This document shows, piece by piece, positions 10,841 to 21,992 of a DNA stretch of 64,000 bases. Source of the stretch: Cyanobacteria bacterium P01_D01_bin.156 (GTDB lineage: Bacteria > Cyanobacteriota > Cyanobacteriia > Phormidesmidales > Phormidesmidaceae); the NCBI GenBank assembly GCA_039024555.1, contig JBCCQQ010000003.1, positions 96,001 to 160,000 of the forward strand, given 5' to 3'. The notes beneath the pieces were generated by a model, which was given only the letters and a program-made list of their open reading frames with translations, searched no databases and was not told the origin of the DNA. The translations under genes and the position numbers were made by a program. Numbering within the stretch: the first letter of the stretch is position 1; each line of letters begins with the position of its first letter.

Positions 10841-11097
10841 TATGGCTGATTTTAGGAATGTAAGGCCCCGTAAGACATTTCAATGCCAAAGATTTGCAAC
10901 CTGCAACCCTCTCGGAAAATAGGCACCCTCTTTCTAATAGTTGTCTGTTCAGATTAAACTCCGTAGCCAATGCAGAAGGCGGCATCATAAAATTGACCCG
11001 TGCAGAGTGAATCATAGAGAAATAAAGCCAATTGACCATATTCAACAGTTAGTTGAATGGGTCATGTTGGGCATAGAGCTATGCGAGTAAATCATCA

Positions 11098-12432
11098 ATG
11101 ACCGTTTCTAGGACTGTATGTATTGGCTTTTTAACGGTCATTACCGTTGGCACGATTTTGCTAATGCTGCCCCTGGCGACGGCAACTGGTGAGTGGAATA
11201 GCCCGATTGTGGCACTATTTACGGCCACATCAGCTGTCTGTGTAACAGGACTGATTGTGGTGGATACGGGGTCCTATTTTTCACCTTTGGGTCAAGGCAT
11301 TATTTTATTGCTGATCCAGCTAGGCGGTCTGGGCTACATGACCGCCACAACATTATTGTTGCTGCTGTTAGGCAAGCGTTTAGGCCTCAAAGATCGTTTA
11401 GCGATTCAGCAATCGTTGGATACAGCAGAGTTATCATCTGCGGCATCACTCATCAAGTCCATTATTGCCATGACGCTCATCTTTGAGCTCAGTGGAGCAT
11501 TTTTGTTGATGCCGCGCTTTAATGCGGACTACGGCACCGGGAAAAGTTTATGGCTATCCATTTTTCACAGCATCAGTGCATTTAACAATGCTGGGTTTAG
11601 TTTGTTTGCCGATAGTCTGGTGCAATATGCACGATCTCCTTGGGTCAGCGGCGTAATTGCTGCACTAGTCATCATCGGCGGCATTGGCTACCAGGTAATT
11701 ATGGAGTCGTTTATTTGGCTGCGCGATCGCATCCTTCGCAAACGTCATCATCAGGTTTTTTCGCTCCACTTCAAAGTAGTCACCAGTACCTCTTTTGTTC
11801 TTTTGCTGCTGGGTACCCTTGCCTTCTTTGCAGTTGAATTTTTTAACCCAGCGACGCTTGGTCCCGCACCGCTCAATATGAAACTGCTGGAGGCGGGCTT
11901 TCAGTCAGTGATTATGCGAACCGCGGGGTTTAATTCCATTGATATTGGGGCGATGCGCACGAGTTCATTATTTATTGCGATCGCGCTAATGTTTATTGGC
12001 GCTAGCCCAGGCAGTACGGGCGGCGGCATTAAAACTACGACGGTCCGTATTTTGCTGAATTGCACCCGCACAGTACTTAAAGGAGAGGATGAAGTACTGG
12101 CCTACCAACGAGAAATTCCAGATAAGCGGGTATTAAAAGCAGTAGGCGTTGTAGTGGCTTCGGGTATGACAGTGGTCATGGTGACAATATTGTTATCACT
12201 AGCAGATCCAGGAATTCAGTTTATCGATCTGCTGTTTGAAGCAGTTTCAGCCTTTGCCACAGTAGGTCTTTCCACAGGAATTACGTCAGAGCTATCAACT
12301 CTAGGCCAGTGCATCATTATTATCACCATGTATATTGGCCGAGTAGGGATTCTATTACTGATGTCGGCATTGTTAGGAGACCCCAAACCCAGTAGCATTC
12401 ACTACCCAGAAGAAGACCTATTAGTAGGCTAA
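11098..12432 (+). CDS. ktrB: TrkH/KtrB K+ uptake permease
   Basis: Pore-loop motifs SAVCVTGL, SAFNNAGF, RTAGF, PGSTGGGIKTTT, SAFATVGLS. Confidence 0.9.
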   Translation: MTVSRTVCIGFLTVITVGTILLMLPLATATGEWNSPIVALFTATSAVCVTGLIVVDTGSYFSPLGQGIILLLIQLGGLGYMTATTLLLLLLGKRLGLKDRLAIQQSLDTAELSSAASLIKSIIAMTLIFELSGAFLLMPRFNADYGTGKSLWLSIFHSISAFNNAGFSLFADSLVQYARSPWVSGVIAALVIIGGIGYQVIMESFIWLRDRILRKRHHQVFSLHFKVVTSTSFVLLLLGTLAFFAVEFFNPATLGPAPLNMKLLEAGFQSVIMRTAGFNSIDIGAMRTSSLFIAIALMFIGASPGSTGGGIKTTTVRILLNCTRTVLKGEDEVLAYQREIPDKRVLKAVGVVVASGMTVVMVTILLSLADPGIQFIDLLFEAVSAFATVGLSTGITSELSTLGQCIIIITMYIGRVGILLLMSALLGDPKPSSIHYPEEDLLVG

Positions 12433-12496
12433 GAGCCAACTATGGAATTAATAGCAGCTCTTAGCAAGAAGAAAAGACAAGTCCTATGAATTCCGG

Positions 12497-13978
12497 TTAG
12501 ACAGCCGGACTAGGAATTGTAATGTCGATGGGGGTAATTTTTACTTCTTCAGCAAGAGTCCCTAAGGAAGGATCAATGTCTTCGAGATTACCCACCACAA
12601 TGGTGACTAAATCACTTGGCTTCAGATTACGCTGTGCAGCTTCTAGTACCTGCTCTACAGTTGCTGACTCCACCGCCTTTTGAAACTGAAAAACAAAGTC
12701 TTCAGGATAACCGTAGTACTCGTAGCGAATCAACCGAGACAATGTTTGCTCTGGCGTTGCAAAGTTAAACACAAAGCTATTAAGCACAGCATCCTTCGCA
12801 AATTGCAATTCCTCGGCTGTGATTGGCTCCTTGCGAACTCGCTGAATCTCCTCATACATCGTTTGAATAAAGGGTACAGTCGCATCAGAGCGCGTTTGTC
12901 CACCACCGATAAACAAACCAGGATGATCGTAGCGAGGGCTCCAAAAGGCATAGACCACATAGGCTAGACCCTGGCGAGAACGAATATCGTTAAACAGTCG
13001 ACCACCAAATCCATTGAGCACTTCATTCAAAATCACCATGGGAGCATGGTCTGGGTTATCTAACCGTCCACCCAAATGGCCAATGTGAATATAGCTTTGC
13101 GTTAGCTGGGGCTGATCAACTACATAGAGACCATTAGTTTGTTGTTGCACTTGTGGCAGTGCAACATTTGCCTTAGCCCGAACAGATGGCGACCAATCAG
13201 CAAAAAACTCTTCAATGAGAGACTTCATTTGAACAGAGTCAAAGTCTCCGCTAATGCCTAAAATAGTTCCACTGGGCTGAATTGCAGACTCATAAAAATC
13301 CACAATATCATCACGGGAAATATTGTCGATATCGGTGTATTCCACCATCCGCGCAAAGGGGCTTTCATCACCATAAATGAGTTTACGAAACTCACGGGTA
13401 GCCACTTCATCGGGGTCATCATTACGACGAGCAATACCTCCACGATACTGGCTTTTAATCAGGTCAATCTTATCTTCGGCAAACGCAGGTTGCTGAATCA
13501 CCTCAGCAAAGATGGCAAATACATCGGATAGATCTTCACTGAGCACATTAAAACTCGCACTACCGCTAGTAGAGCCAACACCGGATTCTACAGATGCAGC
13601 TCGCTGTTCTAAAAACTGATTTAGCTCATCTGGCGTGTAGCTAGCGGTCCCTCCCACTCGCATAGCCTCGCCCATCATGGCAGCTAGCCCTGTTTTATTT
13701 GCAGGTTCCATGAATTCCCCTGCTTTAAACGTGGCTGTACCACTAATTAAGGGCAAATCATGCTGCTCCATCAGGTAAACGACCATACCGTTAGGCAGTT
13801 CATAGCGCTCAAAGTCAGGAATCTGAATTTCTCCAAGGGTGCCAAATTCTAGATCAGTGTAGTGACGAGCAGTCACAGCATTGGCAGGTTTATTCCAGCC
13901 CAGAGTGAGCACCAGCCCTAGGGTGACCATAGCCAAAGAGAACCCTGTAATCAGACGACGTTTGGAAAGCCAGAACAT
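12497..13978 (-). CDS. M16 family peptidase, non-catalytic-type subunit
   Basis: RYELPNGM, RLFNDIRSRQGLAY; no HxxEH motif. Confidence 0.85.
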   Translation of the reverse strand: MFWLSKRRLITGFSLAMVTLGLVLTLGWNKPANAVTARHYTDLEFGTLGEIQIPDFERYELPNGMVVYLMEQHDLPLISGTATFKAGEFMEPANKTGLAAMMGEAMRVGGTASYTPDELNQFLEQRAASVESGVGSTSGSASFNVLSEDLSDVFAIFAEVIQQPAFAEDKIDLIKSQYRGGIARRNDDPDEVATREFRKLIYGDESPFARMVEYTDIDNISRDDIVDFYESAIQPSGTILGISGDFDSVQMKSLIEEFFADWSPSVRAKANVALPQVQQQTNGLYVVDQPQLTQSYIHIGHLGGRLDNPDHAPMVILNEVLNGFGGRLFNDIRSRQGLAYVVYAFWSPRYDHPGLFIGGGQTRSDATVPFIQTMYEEIQRVRKEPITAEELQFAKDAVLNSFVFNFATPEQTLSRLIRYEYYGYPEDFVFQFQKAVESATVEQVLEAAQRNLKPSDLVTIVVGNLEDIDPSLGTLAEEVKITPIDITIPSPAV

Positions 13979-14051
13979 AGATTATTGGAAAATAGAGAAA
14001 CTAAGGAAGGCGGGTGAGCAATGGACCCGTCCAAGATGAACTATCTGCTAG

Positions 14052-15632
14052 TTACGGTTCTGCCGATAGCAGCTTACCAACGGTGCGATTGCTGGGCACA
14101 AAGGTTGCTTTTGCAACTCGCTGTACATCGTCAGCTGTCACTGCTTCAATCGCCTTGAGTTCTTCAAATACATTGCGCCAATCATTGGTTTTCGCTTCGT
14201 ATTCGGTCAGAATACTGGCCATACCGGAATTGGAATCTAAACTGCGCAGCAAGGCAGCTCTAGCCTGAGTTTTAACGCGCTCCAATTCTTCTGGAGTTAC
14301 AGGTTTTTCCTGAAGCTCTGTAAGCAAAGCTTCTACATGGTCTCCCAGTTCGTCTACAGTACTTCCAGGAGCCGTTAACGCATACAAAAGCAGAATGTTG
14401 CCGTAACGGTCACCGGGGAAACCATTGGCGCTACCAATATTGAGGGCTATCTGTGACTGCTGCACCATATCTTGGTACATGCGTGATGTCCGACCACCGA
14501 CCAAAATACTTTCGATCATGGAGTACACCACATGATCAGGATGGTTAATCCCTGGTCGATGAAAGCCTTCTAGATACCAGGGTTGGCTAGGTAATGTGAG
14601 TTCGAATGATTTCGGTTGCGTCTGGGTTGGTTCTTGGACCGTCACCTCAGGGGGTAATCCGCGGGACTGCATGCGGCCAAAGTAGGCCTGGGCTAATGAT
14701 TTGACATTATCGGGATCAACATCTCCCACCACAGCAGCGATGAGGTTGCTAGGCCCATAGTAAGCATCAAAAAACTTGGAAATATCTTCACGGGTAGCGA
14801 CACGAAGATCTTCTTGATAGCCAATGACAGGACGCCGATAGGGATGCTCATCAAAAGCAACCTCAAGAAACTTTTCCACGATTTGACCAATGGGGGAATT
14901 ATCTACCCGCATACGGCGCTCTTCAAGAATGACTTGTTTTTCTTTATAGAATTCTCGAAAGACTGGATCAATAAAACGCTCAGATTCCAGGGACATCCAT
15001 AGCTCTAATTTATTGGAAGGCAAGCTGTAAAAGTAGCGTGTGGCATCTGCAGATGTGGTTGCATTCAGGCCCCGACCGCCAAATTGCTCAATAATCTGAC
15101 CAAACTTGTTTTGCTCAACGTATGTTGAGGCTTGGGCTTGCAGGGTATCAAACTGTGATTGCAATGCCGCAGTTGCTTGCTCATCCCCTGCTTTTTCAGC
15201 CGCCATTAACTGATCGAAAACGACGTCCATCTCCTGGAGCAAAGGAGCCTCGGCCTGATAATCAGTAGTACCGATTTTAGTCGTTCCTTTGAAAGCCAAA
15301 TGTTCTAGGTAATGGGCAACACCGGTATGACCATCTTCTTCATTGACAGCACCTACCTTGGCGTACAGCATCATCGATGCCACAGGAGCTTGATGCCTCT
15401 CTAAGACGATAAATTTCATGCCATTGTCCAGCGTGAACTCGCTCACACTGTTGGCCACACGATCTAGATAAGGCTGAATCGAACTCTCTGTATTAGCAGC
15501 CAGCTGGTCCTGAGGCACTGCATTGACTGCTTGCGCCCATGCAGGGGAGATTAACCCCAACCACATGAAAACAGACAAAATGACGACCCATATCCGCGTT
15601 ACTTTAGCCCTAGCCAACGGAGTTACGCCCAT
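14052..15632 (-). CDS. M16 family zinc peptidase, catalytic subunit
   Basis: FTLDNGM, inverted zinc motif AHYLEH, LNATTS, HPYRRPVIG. Confidence 0.9.
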   Translation of the reverse strand: MGVTPLARAKVTRIWVVILSVFMWLGLISPAWAQAVNAVPQDQLAANTESSIQPYLDRVANSVSEFTLDNGMKFIVLERHQAPVASMMLYAKVGAVNEEDGHTGVAHYLEHLAFKGTTKIGTTDYQAEAPLLQEMDVVFDQLMAAEKAGDEQATAALQSQFDTLQAQASTYVEQNKFGQIIEQFGGRGLNATTSADATRYFYSLPSNKLELWMSLESERFIDPVFREFYKEKQVILEERRMRVDNSPIGQIVEKFLEVAFDEHPYRRPVIGYQEDLRVATREDISKFFDAYYGPSNLIAAVVGDVDPDNVKSLAQAYFGRMQSRGLPPEVTVQEPTQTQPKSFELTLPSQPWYLEGFHRPGINHPDHVVYSMIESILVGGRTSRMYQDMVQQSQIALNIGSANGFPGDRYGNILLLYALTAPGSTVDELGDHVEALLTELQEKPVTPEELERVKTQARAALLRSLDSNSGMASILTEYEAKTNDWRNVFEELKAIEAVTADDVQRVAKATFVPSNRTVGKLLSAEP

Positions 15633-15735
15633 AGCACCTCAGCGCAAAATACCGTTACCAGCATAGATACTTTTCTTGATGTTGTGTCAAAAAGATGGGG
15701 ACATTCAGCCAAAATCGACAATACTTGCCCCTTAG

Positions 15736-16023
15736 CTAAGATCTCATGTGACACATATGAACCTTATAGAAGGCAAACACTTCGAAAAGACCACCGACAA
15801 TGCTTAGAGTCAGACAGATAGTAAGAACACCTTGACTCAAGTTACCAGCGCCAAAGGTCATCAAAAAATCAACGAGATGCCCTCGCGCCAATTCACTAAC
15901 GACGGACAAGGGAGACCATACTCCTATGGACAAAGCGCCAAGCGCCGCGCCTAGCCCGATAGCGGGTAGCGAAAAGCAGATTATGAGAGTTATTACCAAC
16001 GAACTTAACAACTGAAAGCCCAT
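15736..16023 (-). CDS. Small membrane protein, hypothetical
   Basis: Hydrophobic 95-aa ORF preceded by GGAGG SD. Confidence 0.6.
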   Translation of the reverse strand: MGFQLLSSLVITLIICFSLPAIGLGAALGALSIGVWSPLSVVSELARGHLVDFLMTFGAGNLSQGVLTICLTLSIVGGLFEVFAFYKVHMCHMRS

Positions 16024-16263
16024 TTATACCTCCTGCCACGTTGTGACCAAATGGGCATGAAAAACGTAACCATCCCCAACGATAAGAGGAATATGTGTAA
16101 ATAGAAGCCAACTTGAGAAATCTTAAATTTTCATAAAATTACAGAGCATTTAGTCCGTTACCTTCACGGAGCCCGTCAGTCTTTAAGCGATCAGATGCGC
16201 TATTAGGATAAGTAGTGTGGCTTCATATAACATCAGGTCTACTAGCAAAAAGGAAATATACTC

Positions 16264-17049
16264 TTGTCTGCCGCATTTTCTACATCAAGCTTAGTTAAAT
16301 GGGGGCAACGGTTATTTGCTGCCGTGCTACTTGGTGGCCAGGTAATTGTGCACTTACTGACTCGTCCCCTCCATCGACGCAATACTGTTGAACAAATGGC
16401 AGCTGTAGGGCCGGAGTCTTTACTCATTACTCTGGTGACGGCTAGCTTTGTTGGCATGGTGTTTACTATCCAAGTCACCCGAGAATTTATTAATTTTGGA
16501 GCGAGTACAGCAGTAGGTGGAGTTCTTGCACTGACATTGGCTCGGGAGCTCGCCCCGGTATTAACCGCCGTGATTATTGCTGGACGGGTGGGTTCTGCTT
16601 TTGCAGCGGAAATCGGCACTATGCAAGTCACAGAGCAAATTGACGCTCTGCAGCTACTCAAAACCGATCCAGTGGATTATCTAGTGCTGCCTCGGGTTGT
16701 CGCCTGTGCGTTAATGCTACCGTTACTCACAATTTTGTCATTTATTACGGGCATGACAGGGGGGCTGCTAATCACCACCACAATGTTCAATATTTCTCAG
16801 GCTGTATTTCTAGATTCGGCCCGAGTATTTATGACGATCTGGGACTTGGTAAGCGCCATCATTAAAGCACTTGTCTTTGGTTCGTTGATTGCCATTATTG
16901 GCTCTAGCTGGGGGCTCACCACCACTGGCGGGGCAAAAGGCGTTGGCCAATCGACCACGACTGCGGTTGTGACGGCACTGCTAGCAATTTTTATTACTAA
17001 CTTTTTCCTATCCTGGCTAATGTTTCAAAGCTCAGCTCTCAATTTCTAG
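16264..17049 (+). CDS. mlaE: MlaE-family lipid ABC transporter permease
   Basis: RELAPVLTAVIIAGRVGSAFAAEIGTMQVTEQIDAL; GGAKGVGQSTT. Confidence 0.9.
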   Translation: MSAAFSTSSLVKWGQRLFAAVLLGGQVIVHLLTRPLHRRNTVEQMAAVGPESLLITLVTASFVGMVFTIQVTREFINFGASTAVGGVLALTLARELAPVLTAVIIAGRVGSAFAAEIGTMQVTEQIDALQLLKTDPVDYLVLPRVVACALMLPLLTILSFITGMTGGLLITTTMFNISQAVFLDSARVFMTIWDLVSAIIKALVFGSLIAIIGSSWGLTTTGGAKGVGQSTTTAVVTALLAIFITNFFLSWLMFQSSALNF

Positions 17050-17092
17050 GGATTTGAAAATTTACTGAGCAGGGACGTTAAGTATTTTCGGC

Positions 17093-17536
17093 CTAAATAC
17101 TCACCTCAGTCAGCTTGTTGAGATAGCGTTCAATCAGCAAAATAGCGACGATATCATCAATGGGACGTGGGATGCTGCGCATACTCTGAGGCAGCAGTCG
17201 AGTGATGCCTTGGGGAGGAAACATTTCCCAGTAGCGATCGCGAGCTTCTAAACTGCTATAACGCTCATCCACCAGAATCACATTTGGCCCTTCCTGAAGA
17301 CGAGATAGCTCCTGCTTCCAGAGGTTTGCTCCAGTTTGATCGCCCATCACAATCAGGGAAATCGGATAGGTCTGACGTAGGGCCTCAATATGTTCAACCA
17401 CCTCAGCTACAGCCACCACCTCGTGATAGCACAGCGAACGATCCAACCCTACAATCGCCAACCCACATTTATGACGGCCTGGATCAAATCCTAAAATTAC
17501 GGGCTGCGATAGCTTGGAAAAAACAGTAGAGGTCAC
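17093..17536 (-). CDS. yqgF: YqgF/RuvX-family nuclease
   Basis: LGFDPGRHKCG, LVDERYSSLEAR, IDDIVAILL. Confidence 0.85.
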   Translation of the reverse strand: MTSTVFSKLSQPVILGFDPGRHKCGLAIVGLDRSLCYHEVVAVAEVVEHIEALRQTYPISLIVMGDQTGANLWKQELSRLQEGPNVILVDERYSSLEARDRYWEMFPPQGITRLLPQSMRSIPRPIDDIVAILLIERYLNKLTEVSI

Positions 17537-17907
17537 AGAGCTATTAAGAATTTTGTAAAAGTACGTGTTATTGAAGCAGGGTGGCTATTTTCAAATTTGT
17601 TGGGAGCGGAGCCAGTTAAAAAGTTGGCCTGATCTAAGCATTATTATTTTACGACTATTTTAAAGATGCCTGTAGGACTTAGGTCAATTCTGCAAATTGG
17701 GTAACAGTCGCTTGCGCTTTCAACAAAATCTGGCAAACTAAAGTCTGGCGAATCAATATATTGGGTATTACTGTTCTAGCGTAGTAGCAAAATATTCACC
17801 GGTTCGTTTAGTGACCCACCATCGCTTGCGGTTTGACATGCACTATTCGCTCTCAGTAGCTGTGACTTACGCACCAGATGTGAATAGAATGCAAACGTTA
17901 CGGTCTA

Positions 17908-17921
17908 AGTACAATTGTACG
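17908..17921. promoter_or_regulatory. Cyanobacterial LexA box upstream of smc
   Basis: AGTAC-AAT-TGTACG is an exact match to RGTAC-N3-DGTWCB and lies about 25 bp before the smc GTG. Confidence 0.6.
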
Positions 17922-17945
17922 CACTAGTTCGAGTGCGATTGCTTT

Positions 17946-20900
17946 GTGCATGTAAAACGAGTTGAGCTTTCCCACTTTAAGTCTTTCGGAGGAACAACTC
18001 AGGTTCCTCTGTTGCCGGGCTTTACCGTCATTTCTGGCCCCAATGGCTCGGGGAAGTCAAACATTCTGGATGCACTTTTATTTTGTTTGGGACTGGCAAG
18101 TTCTAAAGGCATGCGGGCCGAACGTTTGCCAGATCTTGTCAATCAGAGCCATGCCAGTCGCCGCTCTACAGCAGAAGCCATTGTGACCGCTACATTTGAC
18201 ATTAGCGATGTTTCTGCAGAGTTAATGAAGGATGAAGCAAGTGACCCCAGCTCTTCACAGGTAGAAGAAACATCCCCTGAGCCAGATAACTCTAGTTTAG
18301 AAACTCCAGACATTAACCCCCGTGAAAATTCTCAATTGGAATCGGTTTCTGAAGCCACCAATTTACAGCCAGAGGCAGTCCAGGATGACAAAGCTGGTCA
18401 TAGTAATGGTGCAGCAAAACCCGATAACGTAGTTCCCATACCTAGAGAATGGAGCGTAACGCGCCGTCTGCGAATTACGGCCCAAGGTACTTACACCTCC
18501 AATTACTTTATCAATGGTCAACCCTGCACCCTGACCGAACTGCACGAACAGCTACAGCGATTTCGCATTTACCCTGAAGGCTACAATGTGGTGCTTCAGG
18601 GGGACGTTACCAGCATTATCTCGATGAAAGCGCGAGAACGTCGAGAAATTATTGACGAGCTGGCGGGTGTGGCGTCCTTTGATCGCAAAATTGATCAAGC
18701 TAAGCTCAAACTAGACATGGTGCGGGAGCGGGAAGAACGCTTTCGCATCGTCGAACGAGAGTTGATCGATCAGTTAGAGCGTCTCGACCAAGATCGAAAA
18801 AAGGCAGAAAAATACAAGCAGCTTAGAGCCACTCTCCAAGAAAAAACGCAATGGCAAACGGTACTGGAATGGCGGCAGCAACAAAAGCAAGTTGAGACCT
18901 TGGCAGGTCAAATAGTTGCAGGAACTCAGCAGGCCGAGGAACTAACCCAGCAACGAACATCCCTGGTAGCCCTGATTGAAACCACCGCTAAGGAGCTAGA
19001 AGTGCTCAACGCTAAAGTCAAAGCATTGGGAGAGGACGAGCATTTAGCACTGCAATCGAAGCTGGCCACCCAAGAAGCTGAGCTGCGTCAGCTAGAGCGT
19101 CAGGAACAAGCGCTTGGCCAAGCCACTCGCGAGCTAGCGGCTAAACTCCAAGCCACACAAGTGGAGCTACAACAGCAAAATAAAGAGTTAGCCACGCTCG
19201 GTCAACAGCTGAGTACCTTGAAAAATACTGAGCTGGTAAGACTAGAGGCAGACCGTAACCAAGCGGCTCAAGCCGTCGAAGCAAGTCGAGAAGCCACCAG
19301 TGCCATTGCATCCGCTTCCCAAGCCTGGGTAGAAACCCAAACCACACTACGCCGTGAAATCGAAGCATTGCTAAAGGTCCTGGAGCCCCAGCGTTCTGAG
19401 CAGGTGCGATTACAGGAACGGCTGAATCAGCTACAAAGCCAAATTACGGCTCAAACAGAGACGGTTCAAAGTCTGCAATCAGAGGTACAAGCATCCCAAC
19501 CAAGCGGTGAAACCGATCTCTCAAGTACTGAAACAGCAATTCAAAATCTGGCTCAAGCTGTCGCAGCTGGCGAGCAAGAGCTCAAAATTCAACGAGAAAC
19601 CCGCGATCGCTTACTGCGAGAACAGCGAGAAAAGCAACGAGCTCTGGACAAACTCGAAGCCGAAGAGCAAGCCCTCCAGGAAACTCGTGGCACCCAAGCG
19701 ACGGAAGTATTAGTCAAAAGCGGGCTAACGGGTATCTGTGGTCTGGTAGCTCAATTAGGACGAGTCGATCCTAAGTACCAAACTGCGTTAGAAATTGCAG
19801 CGGGAGCCCGTCTCGGCTATTTGGTCGTGGATAACGACGGTGTAGCCGCTAGGGGCATCGACATCCTTAAACGCCAACGGGCCGGTCGTGCCACATTCCT
19901 GCCCCTCAATTCAATTCGTGCTCCTCGGATACAAAAAGTAGGTCGTTGGGAACGCCCAGACGGCTTTATTGACTATGCCGTCGATTTAATTGAGTGCGAG
20001 GACAACTACCGCGATGTATTTGCCTTCGTGTTTGGTGGCACGGTGGTGTTTGAACGTTTGGGCGATGCCCGTCGTCACCTGGGCAAATTTCGTATGGTTA
20101 CCCTGGAGGGTGAAATCTTAGAAAGCAGTGGTGCCATGACCGGCGGCAGTCTGCGCCGTCAGGGTCGGCTGCATTTTGGCACGGTTGATCCAGGCGAGTC
20201 TTCAGAAGCGAAGGCTTTACGGGAACGCCTAGAAGAAATCGAGCGAATTTTGTCGGGCTGCGATCGCGCCCTAGCGAAAGCTGACACCCAGGTAAAAAAC
20301 CAATCCAAAGCACTGCTAGAGACCCGACAAACCTACCGCGAACAGCAACTGCAAAACAATCAAGCCCAACAACAACAGCAGCAGCTACAGCAGCGTCTGG
20401 AAAAAGCTCAGCAGCAGCTCCAGAACTATCAACGCGAACATACCGCTGCTCAAAAAAGACTGGAAGAATTAGAAAAAGCCCTCCCCGATCAAGAACATAG
20501 GCTCCAGCAAAAACGCCAGGAACTCACCCAGCTTGAAGGCTCCCAAACCCATAGCGAATGGCAGCAAGCCCAGGGTAAAGTGCGCGCCCTCGAAACAGAA
20601 TTAACCGAACGGCAGAAAGCTCTGCAAACAGCTCAGCAGCACCAAAACGAACTAGAGGCCCAGCAACAGCGTCTGCAAGAAAAAATTCAGACCGGTCAGC
20701 AGACCATTGAGCAGTCCCGACAACAGCAACAAGCTCAAATTAATCAACAAACTGAGCTCAACAAACAGCAGGCCACCCTTAAAGAAGAAATTATCGCTAC
20801 CCAGGCGGCCATTGCTGAATTAGATAAAACCCTAGCTGGGGAAAAGGTAGAGCGCGATCGCAAAGAACACCAGCTACGGGACCAACGCAACCAGCTACAA

Positions 20901-21698
20901 CAGCTTGAATGGCAACAGCAAAAGCTAACCGAAACCCAGCAAGAACGGCAGCAACAGCTCAACGAATTAGAAATCGCCATGGCGGCTAAGCAGGCAGAAC
21001 TGCCCGGCCCATTACCAGAATTGCCCGAAGAGCTCACCCTAGAAGCCCTTCAAAAACAACTCAAATCCCTGCAGCGCCGTCTAGAAGCCATGGAGCCAGT
21101 CAATATGCTGGCCCTGGAAGAACACGAACGCACCCAACAACGCCTAGAAGAACTGACAAACAAACTCACTACGCTAGAAGAAGAACGCACCGAGCTCCTG
21201 TTACGCATCGAGAACTTTACGACCTTGCGCCGCCATGCTTTCCAGGAAGCCTTTGATGCCGTCAATGAAAACTTCCAATCCATCTTTGCTGAGCTGTCCG
21301 ACGGTGACGGCTATCTACAGCTAGACGATCCAGAAGATCCCTTCAATGGCGGTTTAAATCTAGTTGCACACCCCAAAGGCAAACCCGTCCGTCGCTTAGC
21401 CTCCATGTCTGGTGGTGAAAAATCCTTGACCGCCCTCAGCTTTATCTTTGCCCTGCAGCGTTATCGGCCGTCCCCGTTCTACGCCTTTGACGAAGTCGAT
21501 ATGTTCCTAGACGGTGCCAATGTGGAGCGTCTGTCCAAAATGATTCGTCACCAAGCTAAGCAGGCCCAATTTATTGTGGTGAGTCTGCGTCGTCCCATGA
21601 TTGAATCTGCTGAGCGCACCATCGGTGTCACCCAGGCCAGAGGAGCCTACACCCAGGTCCTGGGCATTAATCTACAAAGAGCCTCCGCTGGTGGCTAG
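17946..21698 (+). CDS. smc: Chromosome segregation protein SMC
   Basis: FKSF, GPNGSGKSN, hinge GRATFLPL / GAMTGG, SGGEKS, FYAFDEVD; long coiled coils. Confidence 0.97.
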   Translation: MHVKRVELSHFKSFGGTTQVPLLPGFTVISGPNGSGKSNILDALLFCLGLASSKGMRAERLPDLVNQSHASRRSTAEAIVTATFDISDVSAELMKDEASDPSSSQVEETSPEPDNSSLETPDINPRENSQLESVSEATNLQPEAVQDDKAGHSNGAAKPDNVVPIPREWSVTRRLRITAQGTYTSNYFINGQPCTLTELHEQLQRFRIYPEGYNVVLQGDVTSIISMKARERREIIDELAGVASFDRKIDQAKLKLDMVREREERFRIVERELIDQLERLDQDRKKAEKYKQLRATLQEKTQWQTVLEWRQQQKQVETLAGQIVAGTQQAEELTQQRTSLVALIETTAKELEVLNAKVKALGEDEHLALQSKLATQEAELRQLERQEQALGQATRELAAKLQATQVELQQQNKELATLGQQLSTLKNTELVRLEADRNQAAQAVEASREATSAIASASQAWVETQTTLRREIEALLKVLEPQRSEQVRLQERLNQLQSQITAQTETVQSLQSEVQASQPSGETDLSSTETAIQNLAQAVAAGEQELKIQRETRDRLLREQREKQRALDKLEAEEQALQETRGTQATEVLVKSGLTGICGLVAQLGRVDPKYQTALEIAAGARLGYLVVDNDGVAARGIDILKRQRAGRATFLPLNSIRAPRIQKVGRWERPDGFIDYAVDLIECEDNYRDVFAFVFGGTVVFERLGDARRHLGKFRMVTLEGEILESSGAMTGGSLRRQGRLHFGTVDPGESSEAKALRERLEEIERILSGCDRALAKADTQVKNQSKALLETRQTYREQQLQNNQAQQQQQQLQQRLEKAQQQLQNYQREHTAAQKRLEELEKALPDQEHRLQQKRQELTQLEGSQTHSEWQQAQGKVRALETELTERQKALQTAQQHQNELEAQQQRLQEKIQTGQQTIEQSRQQQQAQINQQTELNKQQATLKEEIIATQAAIAELDKTLAGEKVERDRKEHQLRDQRNQLQQLEWQQQKLTETQQERQQQLNELEIAMAAKQAELPGPLPELPEELTLEALQKQLKSLQRRLEAMEPVNMLALEEHERTQQRLEELTNKLTTLEEERTELLLRIENFTTLRRHAFQEAFDAVNENFQSIFAELSDGDGYLQLDDPEDPFNGGLNLVAHPKGKPVRRLASMSGGEKSLTALSFIFALQRYRPSPFYAFDEVDMFLDGANVERLSKMIRHQAKQAQFIVVSLRRPMIESAERTIGVTQARGAYTQVLGINLQRASAGG

Positions 21699-21992
21699 TC
21701 GTTCTTTATTAAATGCAGACTCTCGGGAAATATAGCGAAGCACACGATAGGCCACGCTATGGGAAATTTGTTCAAAACTTCAGAGAGCAACAGCTGCGTA
21801 CAGCCCCAACTGATGGATGTATCAGTTGGCAATACAACGGCCCTACAAAAACCAATACGGTTTAACACACTGTAAAAAATCGAAGTATAGGGTGTAATGT
21901 GGGGAAGCATATGTTTCCTTGCGTTAAGAAACATACCCGCCGGTTAAGAGCACCCTAGTGCACCCACATATTCCACACGGTAGACCCCAGCA

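Noticed and set aside
10790..11090. c-di-AMP (ydaO) riboswitch upstream of ktrB
   Set aside because: Only a loose 3' resemblance (TCAGATTAAACTCCGTAG). The conserved GGGGGAACC/GGGGTGAAT elements are missing. An Infernal scan with the ydaO-yuaA model would settle it
20098..21283. Antisense ORFs within smc (and similar ones in metH, the M16 genes and ndhA)
   Set aside because: Shadow frames of long genes with no protein-like motifs
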